DNA of 64,000 bases, from positions 15,332 to 79,331 of the forward strand of contig JAZSHC010000023.1 in NCBI GenBank assembly GCA_045533065.1, read 5' to 3'. The notes under the pieces were generated by a model. That model saw only the letters and a program-made list of their open reading frames with translations, searched no databases and was not told the DNA's origin. Within the stretch, counting starts at the first letter, position 1; every line of letters begins with the position of its first letter. This document shows, piece after piece, positions 9,213 to 17,545 of the stretch. The stretch is from Acutalibacteraceae bacterium (GTDB lineage Bacteria > Bacillota > Clostridia > Oscillospirales > Acutalibacteraceae). A program made the position numbers and the translations under genes.

Positions 9213-10259
9213 GTGAAAAACATGATTTTCAGAACTCCTTCATATTACAGCTCCTTTTCCTGCAGTGCTGACAGGTGCAGTGACAACTGCTGCATTGGCT
9301 GGGAAATAGACATTGACGAAAAAACAGCTGAATTTTACCGCGGAGTGAAGGGTGACTTCGGCAGAAGACTCAGGGAAAACATTTCATCCGAAAACTCCTT
9401 CATTCTAAAAAATGAGCGTTGCCCTTTTTTAAACGATAAAAATCTTTGCGACATTATTATAAGCTGCGGTGAAAATCACCTTTGTCAGATTTGCTCCGAC
9501 CATCCCCGATTCTATGAATGGTACGGCAACATTAAAGAAGGCGGCGTCGGTCTTTGCTGTGAAGAGGCGGCAAAGCTTATTCTTACAGTTGAGGATACGA
9601 CCTTTGCCCAAAGCGAAGTCAACGACACTCCTGAGGAAATTGACGAAGAGCTTTTTTCTTTACTTTTTTCTGCCCGTGAAGAGCTTTTTTCCATCACCGA
9701 GAAAAAAGACCTGACTGTGAAGGAAAAGCTTTGTCTTTTGCTTGACAGTGCGGAAAAAATTCAGCTTATTATTGATAATCCGCACCTTGCCCAAGAGCTT
9801 ATGGAAAAAAGCGTGAGTATACCCTTGTCTGATAATGTCAGCCTGAAAGAGCTTGTAAATATATTTTCTTCTTTTGAGCCCATTGACGAAAGCTGGACAA
9901 AGGAAGCGGAAAGCCTGCAAAAAAGCCTTAGCGGTGAATGCTATTTGTCCCACACCTGCAAAACCGAAGAAAAATTTATTCTTAACCTTGTGAGATATTT
10001 TCTTTTCCGTTATTTTCTCAAGGGTACCTTCGACGGTGAGGTGCTTTCAAAGGTAAAGCTTGGTGTTGTTTCCATTCTTATGATAAAAGCCATGTGCGAA
10101 AACAAGTCTGACCTTGCTGTATGGGTTGAAAAAAGTAAGCTTTATTCAAAGCAAATGGAATACAGTGATGAAAACAGAGAGCTTTTCTATGATTATACCT
10201 ATGAAAAGAACTGCCTTTCAACAAGCAGTATCAAAGCTCTCATCATGAAGTGTATGTGA
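9213..10259 (+). CDS. FliB-like Cys-rich protein (flagellin lysine-N-methylase family)
   Basis: 348 aa. The N-terminal FSCSADRCSDNCCIGWEIDIDEKTAEFYR plus ERCPFLNDKNLCDI...CSDHPR matches the Cys pattern I know from FliB-family proteins. The start is GTG 9213 or ATG 9222. Confidence 0.55.
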   Translation: MKNMIFRTPSYYSSFSCSADRCSDNCCIGWEIDIDEKTAEFYRGVKGDFGRRLRENISSENSFILKNERCPFLNDKNLCDIIISCGENHLCQICSDHPRFYEWYGNIKEGGVGLCCEEAAKLILTVEDTTFAQSEVNDTPEEIDEELFSLLFSAREELFSITEKKDLTVKEKLCLLLDSAEKIQLIIDNPHLAQELMEKSVSIPLSDNVSLKELVNIFSSFEPIDESWTKEAESLQKSLSGECYLSHTCKTEEKFILNLVRYFLFRYFLKGTFDGEVLSKVKLGVVSILMIKAMCENKSDLAVWVEKSKLYSKQMEYSDENRELFYDYTYEKNCLSTSSIKALIMKCM

Positions 10260-10287
10260 TACATTTTCAAACACCTGATATAAACAT

Positions 10288-10327
10288 AAAAACCGGTAAT
10301 ACCTGTGTATTACCGGTTTTATTTATT
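10288..10327. terminator. bidirectional rho-independent terminator
   Basis: Perfect 14-bp stem 10289..10302 / 10307..10320 (AAAACCGGTAATAC / GTATTACCGGTTTT), flanked by A-run and T-run, between convergent genes. Confidence 0.85.
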
Positions 10328-10329
10328 AT

Positions 10330-12477
10330 TTATGCTGCCTGTGTATCCGTATCGGGAAGCTCCGATGCAGTGGGAGCATTCAGATGCTTTTTGGAAGAAA
10401 TCTTCTGAATAACAATTACAAGTACAACAAGCAGAACGCCTACAATATCCGTTGCAAGGGACGGTATGATACAAAGCAGACCGCCTGCAAGACACATGAG
10501 TCTCTGCCACCAGGGAGTTTTGAGGAACATGTATCCTTCCATTGCTGCAGAAACGCCGTAAATGCCAATAAGAGAGGTTATGATAATCTGAATTACTCTG
10601 TACCACTCTGTGTCAATAAACAGCATGTCGGGGCTATATGCAAAAATGTAAGGCACAATGAAGGCAGTGATTGCAAGTCTTGTTGCCGTAACACCTGTTT
10701 TCATCGGATTACTCTTAGCAATAGCCGAGCCTGCGTAAGCCGCAAGAGCAACGGGAGGTGTGATATCTGCAACAATACCGAAATAGAACACGAACATGTG
10801 CGCTGCAAGAACAGGAAGTCCCATCTTGATAAGAATCGGCGCAGTGATTGTTGCCATGATAACATAGTTTGCAGTTGTGGGAACACCCATACCAAGAACA
10901 ATACAGCAAAGCATGGTAAGGAAGAGTGCAAGGAAGGTGCTGTTTTCTGCAATGGGTACAAGGGTGTTAATAAGAAGCTGACCGAGTGCTGTCATTGTAA
11001 CAACACCGGAAATAAGACCTGCCATGCCGCATGCAACAGCAACGCCTACTGTATTCTTTGAGCCGTTTTCAAGGGATTCAACAATAATTTTCGGGGTAAG
11101 TGTTGCAGTGTCCTTTGTAAGGAAGGAAAGGAGCACACACACAACCATTGATGCAAACACAGCCTTTGCCATGTATGCTGAGCCGAGAGGAAGCCAGATT
11201 CCGAAAAGTACGGCAACAGGAATAACGGGAAGTACCCATTTCCATAAATCCTTCTTTTCCAGCTTAGTATGAGGCACAAGAGAAACAATAAGTGAGGTAA
11301 GGATTGCAAAGCAAGCTGAAATACCTGCACTGAAGTGATTCATTGCAATAACAAGCACAACAATGGGAATGAGAAGATATCCCTTGCTGAAAATAAGCTT
11401 GAAGAAGTTGGGAATTGCATCTTTGGGAAGACCTTTGAGGCCTAACTTCTTTGCTTCAAAATGGATCATCATGAAAATGCCGGTGAAATAAAGAACTGCG
11501 GGAAGAATTGCGGTAACTGCAATTGTTGCATAGGGAGTTTCTGTCATTTCTGCCATAAGGAAGGCAGCGGCGCCCATAATGGGAGGCATAATCTGTCCGC
11601 CTGTTGAAGCGGCAGCTTCAACGGCTGCTGCAAATTCAGGCTTGTAACCGGTTTTCTTCATCATGGGGATTGTGATTGAGCCTGAGCCAACTGTGTTTGC
11701 AACAGATGAGCCTGAATACATGCCCTCAAGGGCACTTGAGATAACTGCAACCTTTGCAGGGCCGCCGATTGATGAACCTGCAATTGAGTTTGCAAGGTCA
11801 ACGAAGAATGTGCCGATACCTGTTCTTTCAAGAAGGGCACCGAGAATAATAAACAGTACAATAAATGTTGTGCAAACGTAAATGGGAGTTGAGAAAAGGC
11901 CGTTTGCAACATCATAGAAAAGGCTGTACATAAGATTTCTTAATGCCGTATCGGGATTTGCCGCAAAAGCTTTTATTGCCGCATACACCACAAAGGCGCC
12001 TGCAACAAAAATTATGGGAAGACCTACCGCTCTTCGGCAAAGCTCAACAAGCAGAAGAATCGCCACAAGGGCAACAATAATTTCAACAGTACCGATTCTT
12101 CTTGACATAAGAATAATCTCTTCCTGGAAAACAGTGTAATACAGGAAAGAGCCTGCGCCGACAACGGCAAGAATTATATCGTAAAACGGAACGAAATTGA
12201 TTCTCTTTGTCTGTTTTTTATAGGCCGGGAAAATAAGATAGCCTATAAACATTATAAAAGCGAGGAACGTGGTAAGCTTTGTGTATTTTGTTGCGTTCTG
12301 GAACAGAAGAGCCATTGAAATCATATATACGCTGAAGCCTGCCATCAGAACTGTAATGACAGTTTTTCTCCAGCCTGTGAAAACACGCACATTGCTTTCA
12401 CGGTCAAATTCCTGCATTATGGCGTCGGCATCAACTGTTTCAAGGTCATCCATAAAATTTGTTTTGTTTTCTGCCAC
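10330..12477 (-). CDS. TRAP transporter fused permease (TAXI-type 4TM/12TM fusion)
   Basis: 715-aa polytopic protein encoded immediately downstream of a TAXI solute receptor. Its size and hydrophobic pattern are typical of fused DctQM-like TAXI permeases. Confidence 0.85.
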   Translation of the reverse strand: MAENKTNFMDDLETVDADAIMQEFDRESNVRVFTGWRKTVITVLMAGFSVYMISMALLFQNATKYTKLTTFLAFIMFIGYLIFPAYKKQTKRINFVPFYDIILAVVGAGSFLYYTVFQEEIILMSRRIGTVEIIVALVAILLLVELCRRAVGLPIIFVAGAFVVYAAIKAFAANPDTALRNLMYSLFYDVANGLFSTPIYVCTTFIVLFIILGALLERTGIGTFFVDLANSIAGSSIGGPAKVAVISSALEGMYSGSSVANTVGSGSITIPMMKKTGYKPEFAAAVEAAASTGGQIMPPIMGAAAFLMAEMTETPYATIAVTAILPAVLYFTGIFMMIHFEAKKLGLKGLPKDAIPNFFKLIFSKGYLLIPIVVLVIAMNHFSAGISACFAILTSLIVSLVPHTKLEKKDLWKWVLPVIPVAVLFGIWLPLGSAYMAKAVFASMVVCVLLSFLTKDTATLTPKIIVESLENGSKNTVGVAVACGMAGLISGVVTMTALGQLLINTLVPIAENSTFLALFLTMLCCIVLGMGVPTTANYVIMATITAPILIKMGLPVLAAHMFVFYFGIVADITPPVALAAYAGSAIAKSNPMKTGVTATRLAITAFIVPYIFAYSPDMLFIDTEWYRVIQIIITSLIGIYGVSAAMEGYMFLKTPWWQRLMCLAGGLLCIIPSLATDIVGVLLVVLVIVIQKISSKKHLNAPTASELPDTDTQAA

Positions 12478-12526
12478 GGACCTTACCTCCTTTTCTTCTG
12501 GTATTTTTATCTTTCTTTATAACCCA

Positions 12527-12561
12527 AAATAAATGCTGCAGGATAAATGCAGCATTTATTT
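12527..12561 (-). promoter_or_regulatory. intercistronic hairpin between TRAP receptor and permease genes
   Basis: Perfect 13-bp stem 12527..12539 / 12549..12561 followed on the minus strand by TTTTGGG. The placement is typical of partial terminators or mRNA stabilisers that raise binding-protein:permease ratios. Confidence 0.5.
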
Positions 12562-12603
12562 ACGGATTCTTAATTATAATTATAAAATGCTTTCAAATAA
12601 GGC

Positions 12604-13608
12604 TTATTCAGCGATTGCGCCAACTTCCTTATAGTATTTTGCTGCGCCGGGATGAAGGGGAACGTCACCTGCGGGAGCAACGGCATTCTTAACATCCATT
12701 TCCTTACCCTTTGCGTGAGCAGTTGCAATGTCAGCCTGCTTTTCCCAAAGGTTCTTAGTGATTTCGTATGCCTGATCTTCGCTCATATCATTTGTAGCGA
12801 TGAAGGTAGCCTTGATAGCAACTGTCTTAACGGGATCTGTGATGAAATCGTAGTCAGCGCTTGTTGCTTCATATTCAGCATAGAAGGGATGATCCTTAAT
12901 AAGCTTTGCAATAACGTCTGCACCAAGGTCAACAAGAACAACGTCTGTTGAGGTTGCAAGCTCTGTAATAGCTGTTGTGGGAGTACCTGCTGTGATGAAA
13001 GCTGCGTCGATTGAGCCGTCCTTAAGAGCTGTTGCTGAATCGCCGAAGGAAGCTGCTGTCTTCTTGATGTCAGTGTCGATATCAAGACCTGCTGCTGCAA
13101 GAATCTGTTCTGCGTTATAGTAAACACCTGAACCAACGTCACCAACTGCTACGCTCTTACCCTTAAGGTCTGCGATAGTCTTGATGCCTGAAGCCTTTGT
13201 TGCAACAAGCTGGCAAACTTCTGAATATACACATCCGATAACTGAGAAGTCAGTGATGGGCTCTGCAAAGCCGTTTGTGCCCTTATAAGCATAGTTCATA
13301 ACGTCGTTCTGAACGATAGCAAACTGAGCGTCGCCGTCTGAGATCATTTCAATGTTAGCCTGTGAGCCGCCTGTTGAAATAACAGTGAACTTGTAGGCGT
13401 CAGTGTTGAGAAGCTGACCTACAGCTGTTGTGAATGCATAGTATGTACCTGTTGTACCGCCTGTACCTGCTGTAATGTTTTCAATCACAGCTTTGTTTGC
13501 GTCTGCATTGCCTTCTGTTGCGTTGCCGCTTGTGGGATTGTTGCCTGCGCAAGCTGCAAGAGTGAAGAGCATGAGAGCAGCAAGAACAATTGCGAGAATC
13601 TTTTTCAT
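12604..13608 (-). CDS. TAXI-family TRAP transporter solute-binding lipoprotein
   Basis: 334 aa. Lipobox LFTLAAC at the N-terminus. GTGGTTGTYY and VISTGGSQANI motifs are typical of TAXI (TTT/Imp-like) receptors. Confidence 0.85.
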   Translation of the reverse strand: MKKILAIVLAALMLFTLAACAGNNPTSGNATEGNADANKAVIENITAGTGGTTGTYYAFTTAVGQLLNTDAYKFTVISTGGSQANIEMISDGDAQFAIVQNDVMNYAYKGTNGFAEPITDFSVIGCVYSEVCQLVATKASGIKTIADLKGKSVAVGDVGSGVYYNAEQILAAAGLDIDTDIKKTAASFGDSATALKDGSIDAAFITAGTPTTAITELATSTDVVLVDLGADVIAKLIKDHPFYAEYEATSADYDFITDPVKTVAIKATFIATNDMSEDQAYEITKNLWEKQADIATAHAKGKEMDVKNAVAPAGDVPLHPGAAKYYKEVGAIAE

Positions 13609-13841
13609 TTGTTTTTCCTCCGTTTAAATAATTTATCTTTTTAGATGTTTATAATTGTATAATATTTGGGTATCACTTGTCAAGGGTAATATACAATTTT
13701 TATAAATTTTATATATTTCATATACACTATAATGAATAAAAATACATTTGTTGTGTATTTTTATCTATTCTCTTGCAGTTTCGCACCTTTTATGTTAATA
13801 TTGAGGGCGAAATGTTAAAAAAATCAGTTTAAGGAGATAAA

Positions 13842-14339
13842 ATGAAAAACATTGTACTTATCGGTATGCCCGGTGCCGGAAAAAGCACAATAGGGGTTTT
13901 ACTTGCAAAAACTCTGCTTTCAGATTTTGTTGACACAGACCTTATTATTCAGAAAAAGTATTCCTGCAGTCTGTGTGATATAATTGAAAATCAGGGCAGA
14001 AAGGCTTTTATTGAAATTGAAAATAATGTGATTGCCGACTGTGATTTTCATAACAGTGTAATTGCAACGGGCGGAAGTGCTGTTTACGGTGAAAAGGCAA
14101 TGAAAAAGCTGAAGGAAAGCAGCACCGTTGTTTATCTGAAACTACCCCTGAGTGAATTGACCAAAAGGCTTTCCAACATCCGCACAAGAGGTGTTGCCAT
14201 GAAAAAAGGTACTACTCTGAAGGAGCTTTATGATGAAAGGTGTCCCCTTTACGAAAAATACGCAGACATCACCGTTAATTGCGAAAACCTGACAGCGGAA
14301 GAATGTGTAAACAAAATTGTTGACTGCTTGTCTGACTAA
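13842..14339 (+). CDS. aroK: shikimate kinase
   Basis: 165 aa. Walker A GMPGAGKST, then VDTD and GGSAV motifs at AroK spacing. Confidence 0.85.
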   Translation: MKNIVLIGMPGAGKSTIGVLLAKTLLSDFVDTDLIIQKKYSCSLCDIIENQGRKAFIEIENNVIADCDFHNSVIATGGSAVYGEKAMKKLKESSTVVYLKLPLSELTKRLSNIRTRGVAMKKGTTLKELYDERCPLYEKYADITVNCENLTAEECVNKIVDCLSD

Positions 14340-14357
14340 AAATAATTACAATAAAAA

Positions 14358-14390
14358 AATACGGTGCTTTTGCAAGTACCGTATTTCTTA
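14358..14390. terminator. bidirectional terminator between convergent aroK and flavin reductase genes
   Basis: AAATACGGTGCTT / AAGTACCGTATTT stem-loop preceded by A7 and followed by a T-rich tail. Confidence 0.7.
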
Positions 14391-14420
14391 TTATGAAACA
14401 ACAAGGTCCGGGGCGGGTTC

Positions 14421-14918
14421 TTATTTGATATAAGCTTCAATAATTTCGCCCACATACATTCTGTGGTAATCCTTGGTGGGATAGCAGCTTGCGTCAATTG
14501 TTTTGTCAATAAAGCCATCGGGATTGATATCCTGAATATAAAGCTTTTTGCAAAGAAGCACAATTTCACTTTCTTCAAAACTTACACTTTTTCCCATTTC
14601 CATAACTGTGAGACCGGTTTCCTTTGCCTTGTCACAGTCTCGTCCGCTGTTTCTTCCGCAGAAGGTGAGAGCCTTTCTGTATTCCTCACCGAAAAAGCTC
14701 AATGTGAAATATTCTTCTCTTTCCATGAATTCATAGGTATATCTCTGAGGTCTGATAAAAGCAAAGCACACATCCTTGTTCCACAGCTCACCCATAGTGC
14801 CCCATGAAGCAGTCATTGTGTTGTAGCTTTCCATGTTACCTGCCGTAACAAGTGCCCATTTATCGTCAAAAAGGGACACTGCATTTTCTTTAAGAGCTTT
14901 GATGTCAATTTTTTTCAT
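14421..14918 (-). CDS. flavin reductase-like FMN-binding protein
   Basis: 165 aa. The pattern WALVTAGN...YNTMTASWGTMG...FIRPQRYT is typical of Flavin_Reduct family proteins. Confidence 0.72.
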   Translation of the reverse strand: MKKIDIKALKENAVSLFDDKWALVTAGNMESYNTMTASWGTMGELWNKDVCFAFIRPQRYTYEFMEREEYFTLSFFGEEYRKALTFCGRNSGRDCDKAKETGLTVMEMGKSVSFEESEIVLLCKKLYIQDINPDGFIDKTIDASCYPTKDYHRMYVGEIIEAYIK

Positions 14919-14975
14919 TATATCACCTCATATTTTTAATAAGGGAGCTGAAAACCTTCAACTCCCTTTTTGCTT

Positions 14976-16181
14976 TTATTCTGTGATTTCACCGATAAGA
15001 GTGTCTGCCATGATGAGCATTCTGGGAAGATGGAAGGGACCCTTGAAGGTGCTGCCCTTACACGCAGGCTCAGTAGGCTTGCCGTCACGGCGAAGATAAC
15101 CGTACCATTCACCGAACTTTCTGTCGGAGAAAAACTCAATACAGTAATCAAAGCACTTTTTAAAGCACTCTAAATAATATTCATCCTTTGTGTCTCTGTA
15201 TGCCATAAGTGAAGCAATAACAATTTCATTATGGGGCCACCAGAGCTTCATATCATGCTCGTAAGCTTCAGGAGGATTACCGAGACAGTCCTTGAAGTAA
15301 AGAAGTCCGCCGTATTCCTTATCCCAGCCTCCGTCAAAAGCAAAACGGAAGATTTCCTGAGCTTTTTCGTGAATTGCCTTGTCACCGCGGTAGTTGGCTT
15401 CTTCCATAAGGAACCATGCACATTCAATGTCGTGGCCCGGGTTTACAACTCTGCCTGCAGTGAATTCACTCATGAATTCACCGTTGGTGCCAACAGTTTC
15501 AAGGGTACATTTAAGCTCGGGCTTGTGATGATATGTGAGAATATCATGCACACATTCTGCACTGTATTTGTCGTATAAATCCTTGTTTTCGGGGTCTACT
15601 CGACGCATGATTGCTGTTGTGTTGAGGAAAATCATGGGGTCTGCAAGAGCTCTGCCTGTTCTTGTTTCGGGAATTGTTTTTGCACCAAGACCTGTGGGGT
15701 CCTTTTCACCGTGATTGAGAGCATAGATAATCTTGTATGCTTTTCTTGCTCTTTCAAGACATTCCTTGTCACCTGTCACACCGTAATACTCTGCGTTTGC
15801 AATGCAGTAGAAGGCTTCAGAGAAGCAGTATCTTCTCTGACGAAGAGGCTTACCGTCGGCTGTTACGGTGAAGTACATTCTGTCACCCGCTTCACGGTTG
15901 ATACAGTATTTTTCCATAAAGTCAAGGCAGGATTTTGAAGCTTCAAGCCATTCATCCTTAACACCGTAAACATGGCAAAGATATGCAAAAATCCAACCGC
16001 AGCGACCCTGCATCCATACGGACTTATCTGTTGAAAAGATTTTTCCCTCTCTGTCAAGGCAGGTGTAAACGCCGCCGTTTTCCTTGTCCATGCCGTTTTT
16101 GAGCCAGAAGTCAACACAGATGCTGAGCTCTTCCTTCATCCATTTCTGAACATCTTTTAAATATGCATTATTCATAATCAT
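14976..16181 (-). CDS. N-acylglucosamine 2-epimerase (AGE family)
   Basis: 401 aa. FWLKNGMDKENGGVYTCLDREGKIFSTDKSVWMQGRCGW aligns with the renin-binding-protein/AGE N-terminus. The gene overlaps the upstream lyase gene by 4 nt (ATGA). Confidence 0.85.
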   Translation of the reverse strand: MIMNNAYLKDVQKWMKEELSICVDFWLKNGMDKENGGVYTCLDREGKIFSTDKSVWMQGRCGWIFAYLCHVYGVKDEWLEASKSCLDFMEKYCINREAGDRMYFTVTADGKPLRQRRYCFSEAFYCIANAEYYGVTGDKECLERARKAYKIIYALNHGEKDPTGLGAKTIPETRTGRALADPMIFLNTTAIMRRVDPENKDLYDKYSAECVHDILTYHHKPELKCTLETVGTNGEFMSEFTAGRVVNPGHDIECAWFLMEEANYRGDKAIHEKAQEIFRFAFDGGWDKEYGGLLYFKDCLGNPPEAYEHDMKLWWPHNEIVIASLMAYRDTKDEYYLECFKKCFDYCIEFFSDRKFGEWYGYLRRDGKPTEPACKGSTFKGPFHLPRMLIMADTLIGEITE

Positions 16182-17098
16182 TCACCTAAAAACTTAGCCT
16201 TGGCATCGTCAATCATTTTCTTTACATTTGCAGCAAGGGGCTTGCTTTCTTCCTTAAGGCCAACAAGAGGCTTTCTTGCATCACCGATATCGATGCCCTG
16301 AAGTCTGAGCACCTCTTTTGCAGCAGCATACATGTTACATTTGCAAGCACACATTGCATAAATAATTTCGTTGATAGCGTACTGAATTTCTCTTGCCTTT
16401 TCAAGGTTGCCTTCTTTTATAAGCTTATCACATTCAAGGAAAAGCTCAGGCATAACACCGTATGTACCGCCGATTCCGCCTTCTGCGCCGATTGCTCTGC
16501 CGGCAACAAACTGCTCGTCAGGGCCGTTGAAAACGATAATATCCTTACCGCCTTCAGCCTTGAACATCTGAATGTCCTGAGTGGGCATCGATGAATTCTT
16601 AACGCCTACAACACGGGGATTCTTAAGCATTTCACGAAGAAGAGGCATTGTAAGAGAAACACCTGCAAGCTGAGGAATATTGTAAATTACAAAATCTGTA
16701 TTGGGGGCTGCTGATGAAATATCATTCCAATACTGTGCGATTGCATCCTCGGGAAGTCTGAAATAAATGGGAGGGATTGAAGCAATAGCATCAACACCCA
16801 GGCTTTCAGCATGAGCTGCAAGCTCCATGGAATCAGCAGTGTTGTTGCAGGCAACATGAGCAATGATTGTCATTTTACCGCCAACAGCTTCCATAACGTT
16901 TTCAAGAATAAGCTTTCTTTCTTCCTTGCTCTGATAAATGCATTCACCTGATGAGCCGCAGACATAAAGTCCTTTTACTCCTTTATCAAGAAGCCAGCGT
17001 GCAAAAGCCTTTGTTCTTTCCGGTGATACACTGCCGTCATCTTCATAGCAGGCATAAAAAGCGGGAATAATACCCTGGTATTTTGTAAGGTCTTTCAT
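16178..17098 (-). CDS. nanA: N-acetylneuraminate lyase
   Basis: 306 aa of the DHDPS/NanA family: GLYVCGSSGE (E. coli GLYVGGSTGE), Schiff-base lysine context VVGVKNSS (E. coli GALKQTS), and GGIGGTYG. Confidence 0.85.
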   Translation of the reverse strand: MKDLTKYQGIIPAFYACYEDDGSVSPERTKAFARWLLDKGVKGLYVCGSSGECIYQSKEERKLILENVMEAVGGKMTIIAHVACNNTADSMELAAHAESLGVDAIASIPPIYFRLPEDAIAQYWNDISSAAPNTDFVIYNIPQLAGVSLTMPLLREMLKNPRVVGVKNSSMPTQDIQMFKAEGGKDIIVFNGPDEQFVAGRAIGAEGGIGGTYGVMPELFLECDKLIKEGNLEKAREIQYAINEIIYAMCACKCNMYAAAKEVLRLQGIDIGDARKPLVGLKEESKPLAANVKKMIDDAKAKFLGE

Positions 17099-17266
17099 CT
17101 TATAACAGATCCTTTCCTTTTTTATTCAATGTGAATTGTAGCACATTTTTTTATTGTTGTCTATCTATTAGTATAAATTTTCCCCGATGCTTCAAAAATA
17201 TTTGTTAAGGGGAGTTGATGCCTTATACTTAATTTCAATGATATTTTTGAAGAAATTGCAAAAGAG

Positions 17267-17467
17267 ATGAATACAACTGCAAAGGAAGTGCGGCATTCAA
17301 TCGAAGAAATTGCAAAAGCAGGTCTGAAAAGCAAAAAAATACAGGAACGTCATTTTTGGTTACAGATACCGAAAAAAGATGAGCTTCCCACTGCTGAGGA
17401 AATTGTTGCTTTTCTGAGCCTTATGGCCATTCATGATAAAAAGGGAGACGAAATGCAGACAGAATAA
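17267..17467 (+). CDS. small ORF resembling the C-terminal half of a Spo0A DNA-binding domain; possibly a gene remnant
   Basis: The 66-aa ORF plus its in-frame upstream codons reads DIFEEIAKEMNTTAKEVRHSIEEIAKAG...LPTAEEIVAFL. Compare B. subtilis Spo0A: [28 protein letters not shown]...PTNSEFIAMV. The frame is closed by TGA at 17216..17218 and the RBS is weak. Confidence 0.3.
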   Translation: MNTTAKEVRHSIEEIAKAGLKSKKIQERHFWLQIPKKDELPTAEEIVAFLSLMAIHDKKGDEMQTE

Positions 17468-17499
17468 AAAAACGCCCCCACTCCGTTGAGGAGTGGGGG
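17465..17499 (-). terminator. rho-independent terminator of the giant gene
   Basis: On the minus strand: CCCCCACTCC, loop TCAAC, GGAGTGGGGG, then CGTTTTTTTAT, 47 nt after the TAA at 17548..17546. Confidence 0.85.
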
Positions 17500-17545
17500 T
17501 AGCTTATTCATTCAGCTCAGTTGAGCTTCAGACCGTGTCAGATTC

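Noticed and set aside
14941-14968. Hairpin AAGGGAG...CTCCCTT between the AGE epimerase and flavin reductase genes, as a terminator
   Set aside because: Its T-run is on the plus strand, where no gene ends. On the coding (minus) strand it is followed by the RBS of the next gene. It is more likely an intercistronic structure than a terminator.
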